Positions 1-9,098 of a stretch of DNA of 64,000 nt are shown piece by piece; the stretch's first letter is position 1; the number at the start of each line of letters is the position of its first letter. Location: assembly GCA_963742735.1 (NCBI GenBank), contig CAVUMN010000003.1, forward strand, positions 320,001 to 384,000, read 5' to 3'. The notes beneath the pieces were generated by a model, which was not told the origin of the DNA, made no database searches, and was given only the letters and a program-made list of their open reading frames with translations. This DNA comes from an uncultured Actinomycetes bacterium. GTDB lineage: Bacteria; Actinomycetota; UBA4738; JBBDTT01. The translations under genes and the position numbers were made by a program.

Positions 1-429
1 CGCCCGCCCGAGGCCGAGTGGGAGCGACTCGAGCAGGGGCAGGTCGATCGGCGAGAAGCCGGGGATGCCCGCGTCCGACTGGGTCGGCTGTCCGAAGAAG
101 AGCTGCGCGAGGAATCTGGCCAGCCCGAGCGCGACCAGGTTGATCACGACACCGGAGACGATGTGATCGACGCGGAACGTGACCGTGGCCAGGGCGTGCA
201 AGAGCGAAAACACCAACCCCGCCGCCGCGCCGGCCAGCAACCCGACGACCGGGCCCTGCTCGATCGTCCCCCACGCGCCCACGACCGTCCCCACGATGAT
301 CAGGCCCTCCAGCCCGATGTTCACGATCCCGGAACGTTCGCTGAACAGGCCCCCGAGCCCGGCGAGGAAGATGATCGTGAAGTAGTTGAGCGCGATCGCG
401 AACGCGGCCCCGAGGTCGAACAGGGGCAT
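1..429 (-). CDS. ABC transporter permease, nucleoside/simple-sugar type (3' end outside window)
   Basis: ATG at 429 overlapping the stop of the upstream permease; translation contains FSERSGIVNIGLEG, a motif of this permease family. Confidence 0.85.
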   Translation of the reverse strand, partial: MPLFDLGAAFAIALNYFTIIFLAGLGGLFSERSGIVNIGLEGLIIVGTVVGAWGTIEQGPVVGLLAGAAAGLVFSLLHALATVTFRVDHIVSGVVINLVALGLARFLAQLFFGQPTQSDAGIPGFSPIDLPLLESLPLGLGRA

Positions 430-1589
430 CAGGCGACCTCTCCGGTGGGCGCCTCGGCCGCGGCCCCCGCCGTCCCGAAGGCCCGCTGGCGGCGCCGGGC
501 GATCACTCGCCGTGAGGCCTCGTACGCCACGATGACGGAGAGGATCAGCAGCCCCTGGAGGATGATGATGATCTCGCGGGGGACCTCGGTCAGGATCTGG
601 ATGCCTTCCTCCCCCCGCGCGAGCATCCCGAACAGGATCGCCGCGAGCGGGATCCCCGCGGGGTGGTTCCGGCCCAGGAACGCGACGCCGATCCCCGCGA
701 ACCCGAGGTCGCTCTCGTAGTTCTGGCCGAGGTACCCGCGGACGCCGAGCAGGTGTTGCATCCCGACCAGGCCGGCCAGCGCGCCGGAGATCAGGAAGAC
801 CTTGAGCTGGGTTGCCCCGACGGACACGCCGCCCGCCTCCGCCGACCCGCTCGACGAGCCCACGGCCCGCACCTCGTACCCAAGGCGCGTCCGGTACAGG
901 AACACCCACACCAGGAAGCAGGCCACCAGTGCCAGCGGGAACAGCCACGTCAGGTGGACCGAAGGCGGGATCGCATCCTCCAGCCCCAGAGAGGGAGCGA
1001 GGTCGGGGACCAGGGCCTTGTCGGAGAACACGTCCGAGCGGAGGTCGATCAGCCCTGGGCGGCCGGTCCGGAGGTGATTGAGGAGCGCCCACGCGATCAG
1101 GCTCACGGCGATGCCGTTCATCATGATCGTGGTGACGACCTCGTGAGCCCCGGTCTTGACCTTGAGGATCCCTGGGATCGCCGCCCAGATCATCGCCCCG
1201 AGCATCGACGCCACCAGGATCACGGGAAGCAGCACGACGGCCGGAAGGAAGTCCAGCATCAGGGCGGCGGACGTCCCGGTCATCATCCCGACGATGTACT
1301 GACCCTCCACCCCGATGTTGAACATGCCGGCCTTGAACGCGACCGCGACGGCGAGCGCCGAGAAGATGAGCGGCGTCGCGTTGACCAGCACCCGCGCGAA
1401 GTCCTGCGGCCGCGACGTCCCGAACCGCCACACCGTCTCGTATACGCGAAGGGGGCTCTCGCCGTACGCGATGATGATCACCGCGCCGACCAGCCCCGCG
1501 AAGCCGATCGCTCCGAGCAGCGCGACGAGCTGCAGGGGAAGGGCGTCCAGCCAGGGCGGCCGGCCCCGTTCCACGACCTCTGCCGCCAT
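429..1589 (-). CDS. ABC transporter permease, nucleoside/simple-sugar type
   Basis: Multi-TM; FKAGMFNIGVEGQ, HEVVTTIMMN and GFAGIGVAFLGRNHP motifs. Confidence 0.9.
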   Translation of the reverse strand: MAAEVVERGRPPWLDALPLQLVALLGAIGFAGLVGAVIIIAYGESPLRVYETVWRFGTSRPQDFARVLVNATPLIFSALAVAVAFKAGMFNIGVEGQYIVGMMTGTSAALMLDFLPAVVLLPVILVASMLGAMIWAAIPGILKVKTGAHEVVTTIMMNGIAVSLIAWALLNHLRTGRPGLIDLRSDVFSDKALVPDLAPSLGLEDAIPPSVHLTWLFPLALVACFLVWVFLYRTRLGYEVRAVGSSSGSAEAGGVSVGATQLKVFLISGALAGLVGMQHLLGVRGYLGQNYESDLGFAGIGVAFLGRNHPAGIPLAAILFGMLARGEEGIQILTEVPREIIIILQGLLILSVIVAYEASRRVIARRRQRAFGTAGAAAEAPTGEVA

Positions 1590-3115
1590 CAGCCCGCCTC
1601 GGCCCTGCGGCGTCCGCCGGTCATGCCGATGCCGACCTGCTCGGGCGGGGCGTTGGGAGGATATTCACCGGTGAGCCGCCCCTCGTAGATGGTCAGGATT
1701 CGGTCGGACAGCGCGTAGATCTCGTCCAGCTCGGCCGAGATCAGCAGCACGGCGCGGCCGGCGGCCTTCTGGGCGAGGATCTGCCTCCAGACGAACTCGA
1801 TCGCGCCGACGTCCAGTCCCCGCGTCGGCTGGTGGGCGACGACGAGCTGGGGGTCGCCGTCGAGCTCCCGGGCCAGGATCAGCTTCTGCTGGTTGCCCCC
1901 GGAGAGCGTCGCGGCCTCGACGCCGATGCTTCGAGTCCGAACGTCGAAGGCCTTCACCAGCCTGGTGGCGAGCTCCTTGATCCTGCGGATCGCCAGCAGC
2001 CCCCATCTGCCGGAGTACTCGGGGCGCGACTGTCGCCCCAGTACCGCGTTCTCCCACAGAGACATCGACAGCACCAGGCCGCGGTCGTGACGGTCCTCGG
2101 GGATGTAGCCGACGCCCTGCTTGCGCATCTGGGCCACCGGGAGGTCGGTGACGTTCCTCCCGTTCAGCACGACCCGCCCGCCCCCGGACCTGCGCAGCCC
2201 GACGAGGACCTCGGCCAGCTCCCGCTGGCCGTTCCCCTCCACCCCCGCGATGCCGACGATCTCGCCGGCGCCGACCTCGAACGAGACGTCCCACAGGGCG
2301 TCACCGAGGGTGAGCTCCTGCACCTCCAGCGTGGGCCGGCCGACCTCGACGTCGGGCTTCTCGAGTCGGAACAACACCGGCCGGCCCACCATCATCTCGG
2401 CGAGCTGCTCCTTCGTCGTCTCGGCCGGGGTCGTCTCTCCGACCACCCGGCCCCGACGCAGGACGGTGATCCGGTCGGCGATCTCCAGGACCTCGTCCAG
2501 CTTGTGGCTGATGAACACGACCGTTTTCCCGCTGTCGCGCAGGTCGCGCAGGTTGCGGAACAGATCCCTCGCCTCCGCCGGGGTGAGCACGGCCGTGGGC
2601 TCGTCGAGGATCAGCACGTCCACCCCCCGGTACAGGGCCTTCAGGATCTCCACCCGCTGCTCCTGTCCGACGGAGAGGTCCTCGACCCGCGCGTCGGGAT
2701 CGACGCGGAAGCCGTAGCTCTCGGCGAGGCGGGTCACGCGCTGGGAGGCCTCGTCCACGTCGAGCAGCAGACCGCCCTCCGCGCCGAGGATGATGTTCTC
2801 GGTGACCGTGAACCGGTCCACCAGGACGAAGTGCTGGTGGACCATCCCGATCCCGAGCGCGATCGCGGCGCGCGGCGAGCCGATGCGGGCCTCGGTCCCT
2901 CGGATGAGGACGCGTCCGCCGTCGGGTGGGTACAGCCCGTAGAGGACCCGCATGAGCGTGGACTTGCCGGCGCCGTTCTCGCCGACCAGGGCGTGAATCT
3001 CCCCGACTCCCAGGGTCAGGTCCACGGCGTCGTTAGCCAGCACACCCGGGAAGCGCTTGGTGATCGCCTCGAGAACGACGAGCGGGGCGTCGTCGCGCCC
3101 CGCTCGCTCGTCCAT
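1589..3115 (-). CDS. ABC transporter ATP-binding protein (tandem ABC domains)
   Basis: GENGAGKST Walker A, LILDEPT, second domain LSGGNQQK. Confidence 0.95.
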   Translation of the reverse strand: MDERAGRDDAPLVVLEAITKRFPGVLANDAVDLTLGVGEIHALVGENGAGKSTLMRVLYGLYPPDGGRVLIRGTEARIGSPRAAIALGIGMVHQHFVLVDRFTVTENIILGAEGGLLLDVDEASQRVTRLAESYGFRVDPDARVEDLSVGQEQRVEILKALYRGVDVLILDEPTAVLTPAEARDLFRNLRDLRDSGKTVVFISHKLDEVLEIADRITVLRRGRVVGETTPAETTKEQLAEMMVGRPVLFRLEKPDVEVGRPTLEVQELTLGDALWDVSFEVGAGEIVGIAGVEGNGQRELAEVLVGLRRSGGGRVVLNGRNVTDLPVAQMRKQGVGYIPEDRHDRGLVLSMSLWENAVLGRQSRPEYSGRWGLLAIRRIKELATRLVKAFDVRTRSIGVEAATLSGGNQQKLILARELDGDPQLVVAHQPTRGLDVGAIEFVWRQILAQKAAGRAVLLISAELDEIYALSDRILTIYEGRLTGEYPPNAPPEQVGIGMTGGRRRAEAG

Positions 3116-3137
3116 GGCTCTCCGCCTCTCGCCGGGT

Positions 3138-4238
3138 CTAGACGTCCTCCGGCTTCTCCGGGACCGTGATCTCTCCGTCGATGATCTGCTGCTTGAACTC
3201 GTCGAGGCGGGCGACGATGTCGTCGGTCAGTTGGTCGGGGTTGCTCCTCGCGTAGTCGATGCCTCCCTCGGCCATCCCGAACGACCTCGAGCCGGGCTCG
3301 AACTCGCCCGCCGCCGTCTCCACGATGATGTCGTGGACCGCCGTGTCCACCCGCTTGATCATCGAGGTGAGGATGTGCGGCTGCTGCTCGGCGCTCGCGG
3401 TGAGGTACTGATCCTTGTCGACCCCGATCGCCAGCGCGTCCTCGCCCTGGTTGACGACCGACTGGAACAGGCCGGCCCCGGAGTCGCCGGCCGCGTGATA
3501 CACGACGTCGGCGCCGTCGTCGTACATCTTGTCGGCCAGTGCCTTGCCCTTCGTCGGGTCGTTGAACGCGGTCGTGCTGTCGCCGATGTACTCCGTGAGC
3601 ACGTCGATGTTGATGTTGATCTCCTGGACGCCGGCCTTGAACCCGGCCTCGAACTTCTCGATCAGGCCGGTGCCGCGCTGGCCGCCGAGGAACCCGACCA
3701 CGCGCGACTGTGTCTTCAGCGCCGCCGCCACGCCCACGAGGAAGGAACCTTCGTGCTCCTTGAACGCGAGGTCCACGACGTTGCCGGACTCGGCGACCTC
3801 CGGCAGGCCGCAGAACTGTCCGCAGGTGGCGAAGCCGTCGATCACCGCGAACTTCGTGTCCGGGTAGTCGCCGGCGATCTCCGCGACGCCGGGGGAGAAC
3901 GCGAACCCGATGGCGAGCACCAGGTCGAAGCCCTGATCCGCCAGGTTCACGACGTTGGCGTCGCGATTGGATCCGGTCGAGTTCGGCTCCAGGGTCTCCA
4001 GGGTCGCCTCAGAGATCAGCCCTTCCTCGATGGTCGCCTGCGCTCCGTCCATGGCCGCGTCGTTGAACGACTTGTCACCCAGGCCGCCGATGTCGAACGC
4101 GATCCCCACGGTGAGATCGCTGGACGCCGTCGGTTCGCCGGGGCCGCCATCCGGCTGCGTCGGATCGCCGCCTCCGCACGCCGCGGTGACCAGGGCGACC
4201 AGCGCGACGATGGCCAAGAACCTGAGCTGTCGAAGCAT
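3138..4238 (-). CDS. BMP family ABC substrate-binding lipoprotein
   Basis: Lipobox VTAAC; GGLGDKSFND and AIGVDKDQ motifs. Confidence 0.92.
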   Translation of the reverse strand: MLRQLRFLAIVALVALVTAACGGGDPTQPDGGPGEPTASSDLTVGIAFDIGGLGDKSFNDAAMDGAQATIEEGLISEATLETLEPNSTGSNRDANVVNLADQGFDLVLAIGFAFSPGVAEIAGDYPDTKFAVIDGFATCGQFCGLPEVAESGNVVDLAFKEHEGSFLVGVAAALKTQSRVVGFLGGQRGTGLIEKFEAGFKAGVQEININIDVLTEYIGDSTTAFNDPTKGKALADKMYDDGADVVYHAAGDSGAGLFQSVVNQGEDALAIGVDKDQYLTASAEQQPHILTSMIKRVDTAVHDIIVETAAGEFEPGSRSFGMAEGGIDYARSNPDQLTDDIVARLDEFKQQIIDGEITVPEKPEDV

Positions 4239-4330
4239 GGGTGCTTCCCCCTCTCCGCGGCCGACCGTTCGTGGACGGGCCGTCCACGGGATTCTCGATC
4301 CGCGGCCGATGGTCCGTCAAAGCCGGGGGG

Positions 4331-4359
4331 TTGCAAACCGCCCCGGGGTGCCCCACAAT
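4331..4359 (+). promoter_or_regulatory. SigA-like promoter of the aroF leader
   Basis: TTGCAA-17 bp-CACAAT, 9 nt upstream of the leader-peptide ATG. Confidence 0.55.
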
Positions 4360-4368
4360 CGCTCGACC

Positions 4369-4425
4369 ATGAGGCGGCAGCTGTTTACCTACCGGTGGTA
4401 TTTCGCGGGGCACAGCCCGGCGTAG
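4369..4425 (+). CDS. Attenuator leader peptide MRRQLFTYRWYFAGHSPA
   Basis: 18-aa ORF with 5 aromatic codons in 7 positions (FTYRWYF), directly upstream of a terminator and DAHP synthase. Confidence 0.75.
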   Translation: MRRQLFTYRWYFAGHSPA

Positions 4426-4447
4426 TCCTTCGGTAGCCGCCAAACAC

Positions 4448-4480
4448 AAGGACCCCGGGCAGCGGCCCCGGGGTTTTTCT
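4448..4480 (+). terminator. Intrinsic terminator of the aroF attenuator
   Basis: ACCCCGGG-7 nt loop-CCCGGGGT followed by TTTTCT. Confidence 0.8.
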
Positions 4481-4521
4481 CACTCCGGCGCCGTCACCCG
4501 CAGAATGGAGAGGTGGTGTCG

Positions 4522-5595
4522 ATGGTGGTCGTGATGAAGACCTCGGCGACCCAGGCCGAGATCGATCAGGTCGTCGAACGCGTACGCGACGCCGGCGGCG
4601 AGGCCTTCATCTCGCCGGGCGAGCATCGAACGATCATCGGGCTCGTCGGGGACACCACTCGCTTCATGGAGCTGCCCCTCTCCCAGCTCCCGGGAGTCGA
4701 GAACGTCATCCGAGTCGGGCGCCCGTACAAGCTGGTGGCCCGCGAGCTGCACCCCGAACCCAGCGTGGTCAAGGTCGGCTCGCATCCGATCGACCGGCGA
4801 ACGATCACGATCATCGCCGGCCCGTGCGCGGTCGAGAGCGAGCAGCAGGCGGTGGAGGCGGCCCACATGGCCAAACGGGCCGGCGCGCACCTGCTGCGCG
4901 GCGGGGCCTACAAGCCGCGGACCTCTCCCTACTCGTTCCAGGGGCTCGCGAAGCAGGGCCTGGAGATCCTCGCCGCCTGCCGCGAGGAGACCGGCCTGCC
5001 CGTGGTCACCGAGGTCCTGGAGCCCCGAGACGTGGACCTGGTGTCCAGCCTGGCGGACGCGCTGCAGATCGGCGCCCGGAACATGCAGAACTTCTCGCTG
5101 CTCAAGGAGGTGGGCAAGGCCCACGTCCCCGTGATCCTCAAGCGGGGGTTGTCCGCCACGATCGAGGAGTGGCTCATGGCCGCGGAGTACGTGGCGCGCG
5201 AGGGCAACATGGACATCGTCCTGTGCGAGCGGGGCATCCGGACCTTCGAGACGGCCACGCGGAACACCCTCGACCTGGCCGGCATGGCCGTGGCCCGCGA
5301 GGCGACGCACCTGCCGGTGATCGTCGACCCCTCGCATGCCACGGGGGTACGTGAGCTGGTGGGGCCGATGTCCCGGGCCGCCATCGCGGCCGGCGCCGAC
5401 GGCATCATGGTGGAGATCCACCCCCATCCCGAGGCGGCGCTGTCCGACGGGCCCCAGGCCCTCACGGGGGACGACCTCGACCGATTGGTGGACGAGCTCG
5501 CCGCCCTCGGCGCGAGCCTGGGCAGGCCGGTGCCCGGCTATCAGCGCGACGCGGGCTCGACGCCGTCGATGGGCTGGGGCAGCCCGAAGCGGTAG
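4522..5595 (+). CDS. aroF: 3-deoxy-7-phosphoheptulonate (DAHP) synthase, type I-beta
   Basis: IAGPCAVES, RGGAYKPRTSPYSFQG, QIGARNMQNF, DPSHATG; N-terminal regulatory domain. Confidence 0.95.
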   Translation: MVVVMKTSATQAEIDQVVERVRDAGGEAFISPGEHRTIIGLVGDTTRFMELPLSQLPGVENVIRVGRPYKLVARELHPEPSVVKVGSHPIDRRTITIIAGPCAVESEQQAVEAAHMAKRAGAHLLRGGAYKPRTSPYSFQGLAKQGLEILAACREETGLPVVTEVLEPRDVDLVSSLADALQIGARNMQNFSLLKEVGKAHVPVILKRGLSATIEEWLMAAEYVAREGNMDIVLCERGIRTFETATRNTLDLAGMAVAREATHLPVIVDPSHATGVRELVGPMSRAAIAAGADGIMVEIHPHPEAALSDGPQALTGDDLDRLVDELAALGASLGRPVPGYQRDAGSTPSMGWGSPKR

Positions 5596-5604
5596 ACCGC
5601 CGGA

Positions 5605-6387
5605 TCAGACGGCCGGGATCAGCTCCCCGATCACGCAGCCGGCCTGCTTCCACTTCGTGATGTTCTCCCCGGGCGAACCGAAGCGGCTGCGCCGGCGATC
5701 GACCAGGGTCGCGGCGAGCTGGTCGAACTCGGGGCTGTCGGGCTGGATCACGCGCACGGCGGCCATGAACCGTGTCAGGGCGGTGTCCTTGCCCTTCTCG
5801 CGCCGGATGATCACCACGACCTCGTTCGAGTCGGGGATCCCGGGGATGAACTGCTCCCCGGCGTTGCGATCGGGGTCGGACAGGACGTAGATCCGGCCGT
5901 TGCGGTACACGAACCACGACGGCGCCGCGACGTCGCGTCCCTCGTGGATCACGCCGATCCACGCCACGTCCGTCGCCTTGATCGCCTTCTCGATCTCGGG
6001 CGGGAGCTTGTCGCGGGGAGCCTGCAGGACGACCTCGAACTCGACCTGGGCGATCAGGGCGCCGTTGATGGTGAACGACGCCAGGTGGATGCCGCCCATC
6101 TCGAAGTGGGCGTCCGCGATCAGGTCGTCCAGCCGGGTGACGTCCATCTCGCCCACCATCTTCCGGACCTCCGGCCCGACCGTGTGCACCGTGTCGCCGC
6201 TGGGGTCGACGAAGTCGACCTTCTCGTGCACCAGCCCCTGCGGAGCCTTGTAGTGGCGAACCAGGTGGAACGGAAGGGCGAGACCGGGCAGGGCCACGCA
6301 GTACACGCCGTTGGGCCCCGAGTCGTCCTCCGGATCGCGGACGCGGGCGTCGATCAGGGCGGCGTGGATCAGCTCGGCCGGCTGCAT
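5605..6387 (-). CDS. Hypothetical protein with C-terminal PNPOx/split-barrel-like domain
   Basis: MQPAELIHA start, TAGCAT -10 7 nt upstream; C-terminal KATDVAWI...SWFVYRNGRIYVL resembles PNPOx-like proteins. Confidence 0.6.
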   Translation of the reverse strand: MQPAELIHAALIDARVRDPEDDSGPNGVYCVALPGLALPFHLVRHYKAPQGLVHEKVDFVDPSGDTVHTVGPEVRKMVGEMDVTRLDDLIADAHFEMGGIHLASFTINGALIAQVEFEVVLQAPRDKLPPEIEKAIKATDVAWIGVIHEGRDVAAPSWFVYRNGRIYVLSDPDRNAGEQFIPGIPDSNEVVVIIRREKGKDTALTRFMAAVRVIQPDSPEFDQLAATLVDRRRSRFGSPGENITKWKQAGCVIGELIPAV

Positions 6388-6419
6388 CGCGCGAATGCTA
6401 GCCGAACCGCGTGCGGGCC

Positions 6420-7592
6420 TCAGGCGATGCGCGCCAGCCAGAGCGTGGGCTCCTCGAGCTCGGGCATGGACGGAAGGTTCTCGGCGACGTCCCACATCCG
6501 GGAGAGGAGGGACTCGTCCGCGCGCTCGGCCACCGTGTCGGCGAAGGCCCGCCCCAGCCGGTACTGCTCGGGAGTCGTCTCGATCCCCAGCATCTGTTCG
6601 ACCAGCCGGGTCTCTCCGGCCTCGCCCTCGCCCCGGCGGCGCAGGGCCTCGGTGATCTGTCCGAAGGTGGTGAGCATGCGGCCTCCCACGCCCTCGAGCA
6701 CGTGGTCCGCGTACCCCTCGGCGACCGCGAGGAACGCCTGGACGCGGGCCAGGAGCAGCCGTCCCTCGTCGGTCAGGACGCGCGCCACCAGCTCGCCCGG
6801 GTTGCCGAACGCGTCGCCGAGCCGCTCGGGGTCGGACAGGTCCAGCCCGGCCAGCCGCTCCTCCAGCCCGGCCAGGTCCAGCTCGCTGCTCTCGGTGAAG
6901 TCGCGGACCAGGCCCTGGAAGTGGTCGCGGACCCACGGCCGCGCGAACTCGAAGCGGTGGGCGGCCTCGTGGATCGCGACCCAGGCGCGGAACTCCTTCG
7001 GATCCAGGCTCCACTCCCGCTCGGTGTCGGCGAGGTTCGGCACGACGAACGCCAGGGTCCCGGAGTCGCGCGGGATGGCGACGTCGAACTGGCCGAGGAC
7101 GCGCTGGCCGAGGTAGCCGAGGACCGTGCCCATCTGGGCGCCCAGCAACAGGGGAGCCATCCGGTCCATGAGCACCTCGAGCATGGGGGCCTCGGTCGCG
7201 GTGTCCTGCTCGCGGAGCTCGCCCAGCGAGCGGGCGAGCTTCGAGGCCACCGGCTCGACCAGGTCCCGCAGGCTGTTGATGTTCGACTCGACCCAGGTGG
7301 CGCGCCGGTCGCACCGGACGTTCGCGACGCCGGGGACTTCCATGCCCGTGAACCGCGCGATCTCGAGCTCGGCCGCGCGAACCACGTCCTCGAGCGCGCT
7401 TCGGTCCTCGGGGGTCGGAGGGGGGTCCTCCTTGTTCCAGGAGGCCGTGGCGATCCCGACCTGCCGGGCCAGCTCCCAGTTGACGGGGCCGGTCCCGGAC
7501 AGCAGCACCCTCTGGAGCTCACGGAACAGCGGAACGTCGCCCAGGATGTCCCCGATCGGGGTGTCGGGAGGGAGCTCGCGGGGATCGTCCAT
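6420..7592 (-). CDS. Zinc-dependent metalloprotease (DUF2342/Rv3195-like)
   Basis: GPVNWELARQ, VLGQFD, HEAAH, EGYADHV and QYRLGRAF motifs. Confidence 0.88.
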   Translation of the reverse strand: MDDPRELPPDTPIGDILGDVPLFRELQRVLLSGTGPVNWELARQVGIATASWNKEDPPPTPEDRSALEDVVRAAELEIARFTGMEVPGVANVRCDRRATWVESNINSLRDLVEPVASKLARSLGELREQDTATEAPMLEVLMDRMAPLLLGAQMGTVLGYLGQRVLGQFDVAIPRDSGTLAFVVPNLADTEREWSLDPKEFRAWVAIHEAAHRFEFARPWVRDHFQGLVRDFTESSELDLAGLEERLAGLDLSDPERLGDAFGNPGELVARVLTDEGRLLLARVQAFLAVAEGYADHVLEGVGGRMLTTFGQITEALRRRGEGEAGETRLVEQMLGIETTPEQYRLGRAFADTVAERADESLLSRMWDVAENLPSMPELEEPTLWLARIA

Positions 7593-7702
7593 CGAGGCCA
7601 TTGTAGGGTCGGCCCCCGATAAGCCATGGCCGAGATTCGAGAGCCCTCCGAGCAGGACGTCGATGCCCCGATCGCCCTCAAGGACGCGGCGACGGTGTAC
7701 GT

Positions 7703-9098
7703 GTGAGGGTCCTCGACGCCCTCCGGGAGGGGTTCGCGGGACGGATCCTGCAGGACGACGATTCCCGCGAGCGCTACGCACGCGATCAGAGCGTGTTCCG
7801 GGTTCCGCCGCACGCCGTGGCCGTCGCGACGAGCGAGGAGGACGTCGGCGCCGCCGTCCGTGCCTGTCGAGAGACGGCAACGCCGCTGACGGTCCGCTCC
7901 GGCGGGACCGGGCTGGCCGGAGGCTCGATCGGAACCGGCCTGGTCCTGGACGTCTCCGCGCTTCCCGCGCGCGTCCAGGTCGAGGACGACGGACGCCGGG
8001 TCCTGGCGAGCGCGTCGGTGACCGTCGACGACGTCAACGCCGCGCTCGAGCCGTACGGGCGGCGGCTGGGCCCCGACCTCACGTCCTCCGCGGACGCCCG
8101 CATCGGGGGGATCGTCGGCACGAACGCGTGCGGGGCGGGCTCGAACCGCTTCGGCCGGACGGCGGACGGCCTGCTCTCGCTCGACGTGGTCGCCGGGACC
8201 GGGGAGCGCCGGGTGCTCGTGGCGGACGCGGCCGAGCCGCCACCGGGAGGCTTCCGTCGCGCGCCCTCCGGCTACGCCGCGACGGACGGAGGCGCCCGGT
8301 CGTGGTGCGGTTCCGAGGGGACGCTCGGGGTGGTCCTGTCGGCGCGCCTGCGGACGTGGCCGAGGCGACCCTCGGCCGTCGGCGTGCTCGCGTTCGACGC
8401 CCCTCGCGAGGCCGCCGAGGCGGTTCCCGCGCTGCTGGCGGGCGAACCGGTGGCCGTGGAGCTGATGGATCGCCTGGCCCTGCGTTCGCGATGGGCGGGC
8501 GACCCCGCCGGGCTGTTGATCGTCGAGACCGAAGGCGAGCACGCGCGACGAGGCACTCGCGGCGCTGGGGGAGCTGGCCGATCCGGACCGGATCGTCGTC
8601 GGTGACGACGCCTCCGCCGAGCGGACGGTGTGGGGACTTCGGCGCTCCGTGCTGGCCGAGCTCCGGCCGGAGGACGGCCGGCTCCCGCTCGCCCTCATCG
8701 AGGACGCCCGCGTCGACCCTGAGCGGCTGGGGGAGCTGATCGAGGGCGTCGACGCGCTGGCCGCCCGGTGGGACGTCGAGATCGTCCACTACGGCCACGC
8801 GGCGGCCGGGACCCTGCACCTGCGGCCGCTGCTTGACCTTCGCCGGGACGAGCATCGGCGGGCGGCCGTGGCGATCGTCGCGGACCACGCCGACCTGGTG
8901 GCCTCGCTGGGGGGCTCGATCGCCAGTGAGCACGGGCTCGGCCTGGCTCGTTCCTGGCTGGTGCCGAGGGCCTACCCGGCCGAGACGGTGCGGGCCTGGC
9001 AGGCGCTGAAGGCCGAGTTCGACCCGGACGGGATCATGAACCCCGGCCGCGTCGTGCCCGACCGCGAGACGTTCCCCGCGGAGTTGCTGGCGCGCTGA
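7703..9098 (+). pseudogene. FAD-binding oxidoreductase (GlcD/D-lactate dehydrogenase-like), split by a frameshift near 8546
   Basis: FAD domain (RSGGTGLAGG, GSEGTLG) in one frame; GHAAAGTLH, SEHGLG and FDPDGIMNPG in the +1 frame; may be a sequencing error. Confidence 0.75.
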
